64,000 nt of DNA from contig NC_042999.1 in NCBI RefSeq assembly GCF_006345805.1, forward strand, positions 73,780,001 through 73,844,000, written 5' to 3'. Made by a program: the position numbers and the translations under genes. The notes beneath the pieces are model-generated. The model had not been told where the DNA came from, did not search any database, and saw only the letters and a list, made by a program, of their open reading frames with translations. Of the stretch, positions 1 to 13,404 are shown in pieces (the first letter of the stretch is position 1; every line of letters begins with the position of its first letter). Origin of the DNA: Octopus sinensis (Eukaryota).

Positions 1-90
1 ACAGTCAAAGAAAGGTGTGTGTACATGAATGCTACCATTTTGGATATCTAAAATGGCAGGATCAGTGTAGACACACCTTTCTTTGACTGT
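1..90. repeat. 90-bp near-perfect palindrome centred on GATATC (43-48)
   Basis: 1-20 (acagtcaaagaaaggtgtgt) is the exact reverse complement of 71-90. The inner arms also pair (ccatttt/aaaatgg). It may extend beyond the window start. Confidence 0.9.
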
Positions 91-173
91 GACCTTTGCA
101 CCTGAAATCTAAAGTCTTTTTTAAACTTTCTGCATTATTAGAAGCTTTCCTTATTTCTCATTTTATATATATA

Positions 174-1442
174 CAGGGTGCAATGGCTAAATTGTTACCA
201 TTTTATATTTTTGATTTTGCATATGCACATTGTTTGTTTTTGATTTTGTTGACTACACTGTATAGTTGGGTCAGCCGGGCACTGTCTGTGAGAAAAACAG
301 CACCATGATGCAATTCACTCTGCCAGAAATTTGGAAAGAACTTGCTGTGCTGCTTGGCAGTTGTGCCAAAAGCTCCAATGTAAATATTTCAGAGTGTTTG
401 GGTGTTAATCTGAGTACAGTGCAGAGGATTTGAAAAGAGTTGGATGAATCTAATGATGATTACAAAAGTATGGCAGCTTGCAAACTCACTCTGAATGTTC
501 TGATTTATTGGTGAGATTCAGACCATGATTGACAATGAACCCTCCAAGTCAATCAGGTCCATTGCCAAGGACATGGGAGTTTCTTATCAGGCAGGTAATG
601 TGTGAAAACATTCGGTATTCCTCATACAAGATGAGAAAGGGCCAATTTTTATCTCAAGCCATCAAGGACAAGAGGAAAGACCATGCCACAAAGCTTTTGA
701 AGAAACTCAAGAATCCCTTCCAATCAAACATGCTTTGGTTTTTCTCAGACGAGAAAAATTTCTGCCAGGATCAGATGGTGAATGCACAGATCAACCATTG
801 GCTTGCCATGTCACCAAAACATGTACCAAGAGGGATAAAAGTCAAACAACCAGTCAGCATCATGGTGTTTGGAGTGAATCACTAGTGATGGCGACATTAT
901 ACCTCCATTCATCTTCCAACATGGCCTCAGACTCAACATGGAGGGCTACATCAAGTGCCTGGAGGAAGTAGTGCTGCCCTGAGTCAAGAGGATGGCTGCA
1001 GGAAAACTCTGTGTCTGGCAACAGGACTCTGCACCATGCCACACAAGCAGAAGAGCCCAGTCATGGCTGTCAGACAATTTCTGCAACCACATCAACCCTA
1101 ACATCTGGCCACCTAACTCCCCAGACTGCAACCCCCTTGATCATTATGTGTGGGGCGCAGTTGAGCAAGAAACCAACAAAACTCCTTGTAATACCAAAGA
1201 TGAACTGAAGGCAAGGATTATAGCAGCATTCACCAACAGGAAACCATCCAGAAGAGTTGCAGAAGATTCCGAAGTCATCTGAAGGCCGTGGTTGAAGCCA
1301 ATGACAATTTTACAGAATAAACTTACTCTTTAGTATTTCAGGATTTTTTATGTAATTTTGGTAAATATAACTGTTAAAATGAGATGTCAGTGTTATTTTC
1401 ATTTTTATATAATTTAGATGACAGTTTATTCATTACACCCTG
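174..1442 (+). mobile_element. Full-length decayed Tc1/mariner DD37D (maT-type) DNA transposon, 1269 bp
   Basis: TA on both flanks (172-173, 1443-1444). 26-bp TIRs CAGGGTG.AATG..TAAA.TGT.A.C match at 20/26. Transposase pieces FFSDEKNF and QQDSAPCH...WPPNSPDCNPLD with 37 residues between the 2nd and 3rd D, broken by stops and frameshifts. Confidence 0.93.
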
Positions 1443-3424
1443 TATATATGTATATATAGTTCCCTACATAGTTACCTGTCTACCAAATTCAGCTTAAAAA
1501 GCATAAACCAACCTGAGCTCACAGAAGAAAACACTTTTCCAAAGTGCTCCTGCAGTGAAATGGTATCTGTAGTCAAATAAATGTGAAGCATACTCAACTA
1601 CACAGGTATGTTTGCATTTCTAAAAGTATTAAAATTAATTTTCATCTTGAAACATAGCATCACATACCCCATCTTGCTCTTTCTCAAACTACTGAAGTTT
1701 TGATTTGAAAAATCCAATAGAAAGATTTTGTCAATCACTTGAACAATAAGTTAAAAGCTAAATGTCACAAATGTTTTATTTCTCTATGGAAAGATATTAC
1801 ACATATTTCCAAAGCTACCTAGTCTACTGTATAACTTCTATAAAAATAGATAACTTAGATTACATGTCAACAAGTAACAATGAAAGATTTAACCTTTAAG
1901 CTTCCACCTTTGTTGTCTGATACGTACATTTTTAGTGTTTATTCACTGATATAAAAATAAAGGTTAAATATTTACATCTATTTAATATTTATATCTATTT
2001 TCTTAATGCTACAGAAATTCTCATTCACTGGTAGGCTATTTAATTTAAAACAGGTCATGCATGTTAAGATAAACACCAAATGAAGATGGTGAAATAAATA
2101 TATTAGCTCTCAGAAACAAAAGTATAAACACTTGGATTTAATTAATTTCTTTATTTACAAACAAATGATTTGCATATTTAGTCTTAATGTATTCCAACAA
2201 TGTGTGACACTGGAGAACAGCTTCTTCCATTTATGACAACAGTAAATCAAATTATTATACATGTAAAGAGTGGCAGTGTTAAGTAATAAATTCTTTTTTA
2301 TTTTGTTTCAAGTGTGAGTGAGGCCAGAAGTAGAGTTCAGTTTTATTGTTCAATCCAAATAATCAGTAGGTCTGATCACTCATTGACAAACCTATCTTAT
2401 AAAGAAAAATCAAGTTGCTGATGTTATCATTGGGTAACAGATAAATCACATGAAATATAAAACAAAACTATAATTTTCTGGACTGTTTGTTATATCTTCA
2501 GAATGTATAATAGCAATATTTATATTTACACTATGTTCCAGTCTCTACTGTCATCTGTTGTCTTATTTTTGGATATATATATATACATACACACACACAT
2601 ATATATATATATATGTCTTCGTCTTTTGTTTTTTTTTTTCGTGAACTCTCCCTATATATATGTATATGGCCTTAGAGTAGATTCCAACTGGGAGCCTTAT
2701 TTCAAACTAAGAAAATTAATGGAGATAGGGAAACTGTCCATAGCCTTTACAGACCTCCAATCACAGGATTGGTGATATCAATGCTGTTAACATTCTGCTT
2801 AAAATTCACCTCAGTGGGGAAAAATATTTGCAGGGTAGGAATTCAGGACGGACAATATTTTGGGAAGGTTGGACACAACATAAATGATGAGAGAAAGAGA
2901 GATAAGGGAGGTGAAAGTATTGGAATGGAAGTAGTATGAAACCAACCAGCTTTAGGGAGAGCAAGAAATCAACCAGGTTCAAGGAGAATGATTTTTATGC
3001 TAATCAGTCAAGTGACTCTTCTCTGGATCTGGTCTAGGATGTGAGTGTAGTTATGGATTTGGAGGAAGAAGCTTATGAAAAGTTTAGGGTGTAGCTACAT
3101 TGATGCTAGTAGAAAGTAGAGTTGAAGAGATGTGTTCTTAAATTCTGGCAAGTATTAACTTCTTATTGTGACTGATTGGTTCTTTCTTATACAAAAGTTG
3201 TCAAGCTAGCGAAGTGCTTCTTTTTTTGCAGAAGTTGGTATGCCAAAATGCCATATTAGTCAAAAGCATAATAACCAAAAGATAAATTGGTTTGAGAGAT
3301 AAACTTATCAAAAAGCATCAAATTCATTAAAAGACATATTTGTTGAAAAATGTAGAAGACTGTATTTATTAATTTTAAGCAACTTATTGAGAAGGAAATC
3401 AAACTTCAAAATATTTGTTGGCGA

Positions 3425-3482
3425 TGTCCAACCCGTGCTAGCGCGGAAAACGGACGTTAAACGATGATGATGATGATGATGA
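3425..3482 (+). mobile_element. Short CpG-intact 3' tail of an RTE-type element ending in (GAT)n
   Basis: tgtccaacccgtgctagcgcggaaaacggacgttaaacgatgatgatgat, the same tail seen on about 20 other copies in the window. Confidence 0.75.
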
Positions 3483-3599
3483 GTGTACTATTTTTCAGAA
3501 GTGGCTTAGTTATTTTTTTTATACAACACCTATTGTAACTATTGGTATTGTGTTAAACACATAAACACAAACAAGGACACAGACACACAAACACATTAT

Positions 3600-4060
3600 C
3601 TCCCTCTCACCTTTTGCAACCTTACTCATCACTCACCCTATCCAATCCCTGGTCCATCTCACTATATACACCTCCCTGTAACTTGGGTGTATGCTCTATC
3701 ACATCTTCAACAACTTATCTCTCTCCAACTAAGGTAGCCATGTGTCTCCCCTACTGCAAGACATCTATTTTTGTCCCCTCTACTCATACTCTAACTTATC
3801 ATCTGGCACAAAGCCATTTTTCTCAATACTACTCTCTTGCCCCTCAGTTGAGGGGGTCTTGTCTTGCAAGTCATTCGGTGACTTCACTGCTGTTGGCACA
3901 CTCTATAAAGTGGTTTGCATTAGGAAGGGCATCAAGTCATAGAAACCATGCCAAAGCAGACAGTAGAGCTTGACACAGTCTTCTGATTTACCAGCTCCTG
4001 TCAAAACTGTCCAATTCAAGCTAACATGGAAGGACATTAAATGATGATAATGATGATAAG
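3600..4060 (+). mobile_element. CT-rich leader plus RTE-tail module (non-autonomous retroelement)
   Basis: Pyrimidine-rich leader, then atctggcacaaag, then ggtttgcattaggaagggcatc...gacattaaatgatgataatgat. Confidence 0.65.
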
Positions 4061-4134
4061 CTTCTTTCATTTTGTGCATTAAGATCCCTATGACAACTTC
4101 AAACTTCACATTGCTTGTAGACACACAAACATAC

Positions 4135-4298
4135 TTATATACGACGGGTTTCTTTCAGTTTCCATCTACCAAATCCACTCACAAGGCTTTGGTCGGCTCA
4201 AGGCTATAGTAGAAGACACTTGCCCAAGGTGCCACACAGTGAAAATGAACCTGGAACCATGTGGTTGGTAAGCAAGCTACTTACCACACAGCCACTCC
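4135..4298 (-). mobile_element. tRNA-derived SINE (octopus OK-like family; name from recall)
   Basis: Head gtggctgtgtggtaagtagcttgcttaccaaccacatggttccaggttca and body ccttgggcaagtgtcttctactatagcc...gtgagtggatttggtagatggaaactgaaagaa. Related copies near 6500-6665, 27080-27225, 30150-30295, 39425-39545, 40430-40565, 45850-45990, 48850-49160. Confidence 0.85.
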
Positions 4299-4563
4299 TG
4301 TGTAAAGGTGTTAAAATACACACAATTATAATTCATAATTGCTTTTGCCTTTTTCTTTGAAAACTGTTAATATTTCAATGCTTATTCCACTTTTTATTAC
4401 TGTTTTCAATTAATTCGACTTTCAACCAGTATGTGTTTCAACAAATATTTTTGATGAATGGTCTGTCACACACACACACAGTCAGGAAGTGTGAGAGAAA
4501 GAGGGAGAGGGAAAAAACAAATGGCAGCTTATTCATATTGTTTTCTCTCTCTGTGTATGTGTG

Positions 4564-4602
<39 letters not shown>

Positions 4603-4604
4603 TA

Positions 4605-4992
4605 CTATTCTTTTATTTGTTTCAGCCATCTGACTGTGGCCATGCTGGAGCACTACCCCGAGGACTTATAGTCAAACAAATCGACTCCAGGACAGTTCTT
4701 ATTCTATCAGTCTCTTTTGCTGATCCACTAAGTTATGGGGTTGTAAACACACCAACACCAGTTGTCAAGTGATGAGGGGGGGGACAAACACAGACACAAA
4801 AACACACACACATAGATATATACATACATACATACATATATATATTCACTAGGCTTCTTTTAGTTTCCCTCCACCAAATCCACTCACAAGGTTTTGGTTG
4901 GCCCAGGGCTATAGTAGAAAACACTTGCCTAAAGTGCCATGCAGTGAGACTAAACCCAGAACCATATGGTTGAGAAGCAAGCTTCTTAACAA
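4605..4992 (-). mobile_element. Full-length tRNA SINE with internal microsatellite and 3' tail module
   Basis: Same head and body, then a (CA)/(TA) stretch, then a ccagcatggccacagtcagatggctgaaacaaataaaagaa tail. Same layout at 34700-35065. Confidence 0.8.
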
Positions 4993-5726
4993 ATTCACTG
5001 ATATTTGTTGAAATCATTATTTCATAAATATTTTGTAGTGAAAGTAATAATGCATCTGAAAGAGAAAGAAAGAGAGAGAGAGGGGGGGAGGAAGAGATGG
5101 GGAGAGAGATTTTTTAGTATTAACTCCAAAGTTTGATATGCTTTTAAAATAAAACTTCAAAATGGAATTATTTAAATAATTTTAAGATATGATCTTCAAG
5201 AAATAGAAGATATCTATATAGGAAATAATTTAGGGAGGTTTTAAAGAACATGTTTTATAAATGAGAGGCATGAATAGCATGCAAACAACTGTTACTCTTT
5301 CTCTATATTCACATAGTCAAGTGAACAGGTACAATGGATAGTTGAGATACTACTACTACACTATGACGACTAGCACTGTCTTACCAGCATTGTACTGGGT
5401 TCTATAATATTCATTCATAAACAAGAAACCAGAGTACATAGATCAGAATTGGGCCCTAAGTCCCACGAGACCCCAGGGCAACTGCCCAGTGTGCTCATGC
5501 CTTAAGTTGGAATTGACTACTACTATGACTATTATTATCGATGCTTTGATGCAAAATCTCTCTCAAAGCACACAATACCTGTTTTAGAAAGTAAAGACAC
5601 ATTAGCTAATGTGGTTCAAGGTACATTCTTTGGTGGGCATCTCTAGAGGGATACATTCTGTTACAAGAAATTAGGTTAATTCTCTGGTCTATGAATGATG
5701 TCATCCCTTCCTGTACTTTGTCTTAA

Positions 5727-5945
5727 CCTTTCTGATACCTATGTGTCCAAGACCACCCCTGGATCTATGACACTTACTTCAAAGTTTTAAAGTGTTCTAT
5801 ATTAAAACCAGCCATCAAAATTTCATGTTAATTTATGTTCAGAGCTTCAGCTCAATAATGAGTTATTTTACTAAATTTTCCATTATTTTCAAAGTTAATT
5901 GTAATCAAGTCAAAATCTTTTAAAAGAAATATGGTAACAAAAGTG
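5727..5945. mobile_element. TTAA-flanked piggyBac-like MITE (old copy)
   Basis: TTAA at 5723-5726 and 5946-5949, degenerate TIRs, and an interior similar to 35585-35805. Confidence 0.6.
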
Positions 5946-8930
5946 TTAAAATGGAAAAACAACAGTAGATAATGTTAAATCACAAGACACAAAAGAGACT
6001 GAATGGCTCCTATCATGTCTATTCAATTAGGGCTGATCTGGTCCTAACCACCACTGTTATCAACAATATTCTGCTAATTTAAAAATAGCATACTTTAAAG
6101 ATTTGGTTGGTATTACTAGTAGGTTTAGCAATAGCATAGAGGCTCTTCTCTTCAGCAACAACAGTATCGAACTGCTTACAGTAGTGACTGTTTATGCAGG
6201 ATACATATTATCATTTAAGAGTTTTGGGTTAACAAGAATTGAGAGTAACTTATGATAAAATATGAACTGTAAACTTAGGTCAATTGTCTGACAGTTTCTT
6301 TTTGAAATTTTCTTTTTATTTTCCTGTACTAGCATGATGGGGCAATTACCTGTTTACATCTGGACACCCTTCTCACTGTTAATTACTCAATTGTAATCTT
6401 TTTTTGTTCATTCAGACAAACTGTGCCAGTCGAGAGATTTAAAGTACAGAAGGGACAGATATAGGTGTCTTGCTGTAGAGTAGATACATGGAACACACAC
6501 ACATATACAATGTGTTTCTATTAGTTTCCATCTACCATCTCAACACACAAGGCTTTGGTTAACCTGGTGCTATAATAGAAGACACTTTCTCAAGATGCTA
6601 CACAGTGGGGCTGAACCTGGAACCACATGGATGCAAAGTGAACTTCTTATCCATCCAGCCGCACACACACACATGTAAACGTTTTTAGTTTTAATTGGCA
6701 GAAGGTTACAAAAATGGTTCAGAATCCCAAAAGTATTATCATAGCACCTATCACTTTGGTAAGTACTATGAATGAAACTCCTGGTCCTTGAGTCACTTTT
6801 TTAACTTTCTACTGATTAAAAAATAATGTATACATAGTCATGCTTTGAGTTCAATTTCTTGTATGTTCAACCAGGGAAATGACAATGGACCATGAGATGA
6901 TGCGATTTGCTGTACTTGATAAGACACTTCAAGCTAAGTAAAATTGCTGTCTTCCACACACACAGGCTTATTCTTTAGGTGCTGTGGTGCTGCATTAACA
7001 CATCCAAGCTGGTGCTACATAAATGCACCCGTGACAGTGGAATGTAAAAAGCACCCAACACACTTTGTTAAATGGTTTGCATTAGAAAGGGCATCCAGCT
7101 GTAGAAACCATGCCATAACAGACAGTTGGAGTCTGGACAGTTCCATGCTAGCCATCTCAATGTCAAACTGTCCAACCCATGGCAGCATGGAAAGAAGACA
7201 CTAAAAGATGACGGTGGCGATGATGATATACATATGTACTTGCAAGAAAAATTATATCGCCCACCATAGGGTAAGAATGTATTTAATAATCTGATATGAA
7301 AATACATATTTAGCATTGCTCTAAATAACCCCCCAAATATTCAAGGATAGCATTTTTGCCACACACACACAAACCATGCACATAACACCAATGAATAACA
7401 ATGTATGACAAAGTATGGCACAGTTTATCGGGTCAAATTATCAAAAGCAACTGTTCAAAATATCTGGATGAAAAAAAAATCAGAAAAGGAGAATTACCTA
7501 TCATGTGCTCCCAGCATAAGTTTGTGATCATGTACCAAAATAGGAAATCAATGTAATGTTTGTAACAGGACACTTTCAGAATAAGAAAGTGTACTAAAAA
7601 CGGTTCTTCACTGTCTAATTTGCTAAGTACTAGTTGTGTTAGTGTTGTCAATATCTCAAAGAATTCAATACGAAAATACAACTTTTCATATTCTGTTGGT
7701 CTTGTGTAATGTTATTACGACCAAGTTGCTGTTGGTTAAATTGGTCGAAAGTTGGACAGTTGATCTGAAACTAAAATAGGTATTTTGATTTCTAAATTGC
7801 AGAAGAACTGTGTAATTAATTGGGGATTCATTAGTTTGCAGTTCAAGCTCTACGTTAGGCATGAAATAACATGAAGTAGCAGGCAGAAAAATATTCAGTG
7901 TGTATTACCTTATAGATCATGAACAAATAAGGAAGGTTTAACATGATACAATGTAGCTAAAAATAGCAGTCAAATCTCCCTCATATCACGCATTGAATAA
8001 TGTAAACGGAGAGGGTTATACTTAGAATGTTTTAATCAACTCAATCTAAAGCTAAGCAATAATAAATGAAGAGAATCTAAAACTGACAGGATCACCTGGA
8101 ATTCAATATCCCTGTGATACTTTCAGCAACATAAACTTGTTGAATGTAACATTTTCCCCACGGAAGAGTATGAGATGATTTTTGCAAAATTTGTTTATTT
8201 GAACTGTTAGAAAAGTGATGAAATGACTTAAGTTCATTTCAGATTCATTTAAATTTTGTTCAACCAAAGCTGAAAACATTTCTCTACATCTTAATGCTCA
8301 TTGAAAAGTTAGTAAGAAGTGAATGGGCTTTGTATCAAATGCTATCTCAACAATTGTTCCATAGTTTGTGGCTCTGTGCCAGTGACACACTGTGTCATTG
8401 GAAAAGCTGCAATCATATTAATTGAATGACAATTGGGTTCTTCCAATGTTAGTTTTCAGTTGATTAAAGCACTTCCATTTGTCCAGATTATATTTACACC
8501 AGGTGCAAGCTGTTGACTTGCTTTAATTTGTATTTTTGTTGAGGATAAGTTGTTGAATTTCACAACCAGCTCCTAAATTACAAGTTTATAATTACTGCAG
8601 GTATTTCATTGTCAGATCATAATACTAAGTAATAAACTAAAATCAAATGTGGGAAATAAGTATGCCAAATTTTCTTTGAATATTACTTGTGATTATTGGT
8701 CAGTGCACATTCCAAAGACAGCTAACTCACGCAATAATGCAAAATTTAATAATACAATGTTGATTATTGAATATCTAATAATAAACAGAAAGTTTTAAAT
8801 CTTAGAAAAATTTCAATTGAAGGAGAAATGTATACATATATATAGTTGAAATTTACAGAAAAACAAAAGACGAAGACAGGTGTATGAACAAGCAGGTGTA
8901 TTAGCTTGATGCTTGGGAAAGTGATAAAGT

Positions 8931-8966
8931 CTTTTACGTTTCAAGCCTTTGCTCTTCAACAGAAAG
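8931..8966 (-). ncRNA. Minimal hammerhead-ribozyme-like motif (Penelope pLTR type), variant core
   Basis: Minus strand reads CTTT-CTGTTGA-A-GAGC-aaag-GCTT-GAAAC-GTA-AAAG: stem I CTTT/AAAG, stem II GAGC/GCTT, palindromic ACGT stem III. A6 is replaced by T. Confidence 0.55.
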
Positions 8967-9058
8967 GAATAAGTGAAAATAAACAGAGTGAGAAAAAAAT
9001 AAAACATGTGGATTTAGCAATCAAGCATGGCGACTGGTTCAGTCTTCATATATATATA

Positions 9059-9442
9059 TGAGTTACGGAAGGAGTAGGAAAAATCCAGGCTACATGTTTC
9101 ATAGCAAGTGGAACCTCAGAAGTGGTAAAATCCAAGTGAGGTATATATCGCTGGCTACTCTTCAGGCCCAAGATATCGTAATTAGATTAAAGGTTACATT
9201 GTCACAAAGAGGTACATGTTGATGCAAAGAAGGTCCAATCAGAATGTGTAATTATTCATTCCGATTGAATTTTCTTTGCATCAGCAAGTACCTCCTTGCG
9301 ACAAGGTAACCATTAATCTAATCATGATTTCTCTGGCCTGAAGAGTAGCCAGCGGTATACACCTCACTTGGATTTTACTTTTGAGGTTCCACTCACAATG
9401 AAACATGTAGCCCAGATTTTTCCTACTCCATTCCGTAACTCG
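9059..9442. mobile_element. 384-bp almost fully palindromic MITE with TA target duplication
   Basis: TA at 9057-9058 and 9443-9444. Ends (T/C)GAGTTACGGAA...TTCCGTAACTCG. Arms of about 185 bp pair up to a loop of about 10 nt near 9248-9257. Confidence 0.9.
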
Positions 9443-9648
9443 TATTCTCTTTTGCACACTTGGCAACCCTGGTTGCCAACCGTGGAATATAAAAAAAATC
9501 TTTTTTCTGCTCATCATTCTTCGATCAAAAAAAATAATCCACAACCTTGCTCAATAAACCACTATTGTTCCTGAAAGGTGTTATTTTATATTTACTATGG
9601 ATTGCTCAAAGCTAACTTTCTTCCTACGCATCAATCTCTAGATCTTAC

Positions 9649-9683
<35 letters not shown>

Positions 9684-11659
9684 CTTATAAGTAGTGTTAT
9701 TGGTTAAAGAAAACAATCCCTCCTTTAAGTAGTATAAAAGCATTTTTACTTACTGCATGTTTATATATTATTTTTACTGGTTACAATAAATTTTTTCCTT
9801 TAATGGTTTTTGTCTCATGGAGGAGCAGTGTCTCCTCCTCCAAACCAATCAGTAGCCCTCTTTTGTATGGCCTTTAAAAGTTATGCAAGACATGAGTGTT
9901 GATATTTCCTAGCATGTGAAAGAATTCAAAGAATTTAGTTGATTATACCAACTCCAATACTTTAGTGCTTATTTTATTGATCTTGTAAGAGATGAAACTT
10001 TAATAATAAATGGAAATAATCATAATAAAACAATACCTTAAAATATTTTGTTTGATATATGCTAATATACATATAAATTTCTATATTTTCTTTTGAGCAA
10101 ATTTCACTCAAGGCTTTTATTGAACTGAGACTAAGGTAGGAAGACATTCATCCAATATGATGGGCAATGTGATCAAACTAGGAACCACATGGTGGGGAAA
10201 CAACCTTTCAGCTACATAATACACCAACATATATTTTAAAATATATATGAAATAAAAACATATCCCAGTTTTTAGAAAAGGTATACTAGATTTCTATGTT
10301 ACATAAGAAATAATAATCAGAAAATGCACCTGGCCATAAGACACTCAAAAATTTCTGTCCAGCCTATGCTGAATTGAGGAGTTGATATCAAATGATGATG
10401 AGGTAAGCTTTAGTGGTAATCCATCAATCTGAAAAGTTATTGATTATATTAGAAAACAAAACAGAAGGAGTCTGCCACTCCAGGCAATGACAACACTGTT
10501 AATTTGGCAAATGATTTATTAGCTGAAACAGTTCCAAGTTCAATTTTTCTGGTAGTGGAAAGCCAATTATGATAATCTGGTGTTTTATCCAGAGAGTGAT
10601 GCTGTGAAACATGAGATAAGCACCAGGATATAGAAATTCAGAAAAACAATTTAGTGGCTTAATTTGGAGGAAGGGGATGACCATAGCTTTTGCAGACCAT
10701 CAATATGGTTGATGTTCTAGAATTACAAGAAAAACATGGTAGGGAGGGAATTCCAGAAAGATGTTCTTGATAGGAAAGATTAGGTATAATGGTTGGCATG
10801 AAAATACAGCTTTCACATTTTGTTGGACATGTGTAATGTTATTGTGACAAGATTGCAATTGGTCAAGAGTTGCACAAATGGGCTGAGGAGCTGATGGATT
10901 AAATGTTGTAACATGGTCAAGACAGATGTTTTTTTTACCTAGTTCACTTAATATGTAATAGGTACCATGATATGTAAATTGCAGAAGAACTGTGTAAGCT
11001 AATTGATGATTTATTAACTTCCAGTTCAAGCCCTACCTCAGGCCTGAAGTAGCATTCAGGAAAAATATTCCCAGGGAGGATAGACACAATGTGGGTGATA
11101 AAAATTGTAAAGGTAATTAAAGGATGTGGACATGGATAGAAATGGCATGAAACAAACCAGTTCAAGAAAAAGAGGTCTCTATAGCATCACTAGAAAATGC
11201 AGAGTAAAGAAACATCATGTTTGAGAGTTAGAAGTTGGTGTGTATTGGTGAATAGCTTCAAACCAATCAGCTGGACAGCCCTTTTGTAAATACAGTCCAG
11301 GATGTTCAAATATATAGCAGCAACACATGCTAGTTGAGGGAGTAGTGTTCTACTGTGGATTTTGTATCAGGTTTGAAGTTAGTTAAAGTTGGAAGATGAA
11401 GTATTTTATAGCCTTAAAGAGAAAAACTAGATCTTATGATGCAGCTTTTGCTATGTTAGAGAATGTGAGATTTGCATGTTGTTGACTGTAGGGAAACTGA
11501 ATGAGTAAGATCAACACTGTCTTTCTTTGTTAGATTTCTCAAGTAGTTATCTACACCTCTCCAACATTTTTCAAAGTACAGCTAAAAATACAATCTTACA
11601 GAAAAACACAAACAATAATAAATGGAGAAAAGAGCAGCAAAATATTAAAATTTGTAGAA

Positions 11660-11953
11660 ATATTTATTATAACAGAATAAGACAGCTGAAAAAAAATTAA
11701 ATAAAAAAAACACTTCTCATACTGGGACAATGAATACTTCAGAGCAGGAGATGGGGAAGAGGATATGGCAGATTAATTTATAATATTAATTTAAAGATAA
11801 AAAATATGTTTTGTTCATTGTTAATTAGTGACATCAAGAATATTTATCAAAATTTATCAGGGATAGTTGTACAGAATATAATTATTTTCTTTGTTATTTA
11901 GATATCTTTTCTCCTTTCTAGTTTCATTTTCTTTTATGCTTCTCATTAAGAGG

Positions 11954-11993
<40 letters not shown>

Positions 11994-12112
11994 CAATCTC
12001 ATATCCTTCCATTGTTATTTTTCTGATTTGAGATTTCAAGAGAAAATTACTTTTTAAAAAATGAAGTCAATTAATCTAATAAATTATATATACTAAAATA
12101 TAAACCTCATTA

Positions 12113-12146
<34 letters not shown>

Positions 12147-12915
12147 GAGCAACAACTTTTTAAACAAATAAATAACTGAAGATGAAAAAATACAACATTG
12201 TAAGATTTAGCAAAATTTCATGAATTATATTTCAAAACAAAACAGGAAGTACTTGGGAGAACAAAAGTTATTTGTGGAAATTACTGATAATTGCTTTTGA
12301 ATTAAGACTAAAATGTGAAAGGAGACAGAGTTCTTCCTAATCATAATGGATGGAAGATAGAATGAGCAATTAATGGTAGGAGCAGAAAAGAAACAACAAA
12401 GTTTTTATTGGGAAAAGTGACGTGTGTGAAAATTTTCTAAGCACTGTTTGACAGTTAAACAACAGTGCATGTAAAATACATTAAAATATAAAATAACAAC
12501 ACCTTATGAAAAGTATGCAAAGCATACTTCTCATACACACACACAAACACACATATATAAAATGTGTGTATGTATGTATATATAAAATTAATATAGACAG
12601 CTGTGTGCAATGTTTTGCCAAAAGGAAAACTATAGTTGTCACTAAATATGACTAGGGTGTTAGAACACCTACATTGCTAGAAATAAGAGCTAAAAAGGTC
12701 TAATGCTGAAAATAAGCACATAATTGTATACATATGTCTCCACTGATGTGGCTATGGAATTAGCTGAAACTGACTGATCAGTACAGAGAATTCTTGACTG
12801 GTGTTTTCAGGTGTTTGCAGTCAGTACATATGTAAACAATTATGTGCTTTAGCTACAGCATTAGAGTTTTTTAGCTTTTATTTCTAGTAATGTAGGTGTT
12901 TTAACACCCAAGACA

Positions 12916-12964
<49 letters not shown>

Positions 12965-13373
12965 CATGTTCGTGTGTATGATGTACATAAATACACACGT
13001 GTGCACACATGCATACACACACGCAAATAGAAACACATTTGTGTGTGTGCATGTGCATGACCTTGCTAAAATTAAAGCAAATTAAAAATTGTAAGGAAAA
13101 TATTCTTTTGTTAGAATAACAGTCCATAATAACATTAAAGGAAAAAAACTTTTAGTAGAGAAAAAAATATATATTAGTTCCATGAATAAAATAAAAATCA
13201 ATTTAGAAGTTTAAAAGAAAAGTGAGTTTAATAAAAAAACAAACTCAACCCCTAACAACCTAAAGCAAGTTTTGCATAAAACCATTTAAAACATTGCTGG
13301 TAAAAATTAAGTGTGTAATCAAAAACTTAAATATATGGAATGTATTTTAAAATATGAATTTGGGTTTTATATA

Positions 13374-13404
<31 letters not shown>

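Larger units (their letters stand above)
7793..11075 (-). mobile_element. Fragmented ancient Penelope-like element remnants
   Basis: Diverged direct repeat (taaattgcagaagaactgtgtaa...gttcaagc.ctac) at about 7793-7905 and 10975-11075. GIY-YIG-like peptide traces (CHNNITHVQQNVKAVFSCQ near 10790-10880; FNEH near 8295-8306) and an HHR-like motif at 8931-8966. Confidence 0.35.

Noticed and set aside
7715-7755. GACCAA...TTGGTC-GAAA-GTT, resembling hammerhead stem II plus GAAA
   Set aside because: No CUGANGA upstream and no convincing stem I.
9460-9479. Small perfect hairpin ttggcaacc-ct-ggttgccaa; a similar one at 55561-55588
   Set aside because: Too short to exceed chance or TE-end and microsatellite origin; the orientation is opposite to an RFX X-box.
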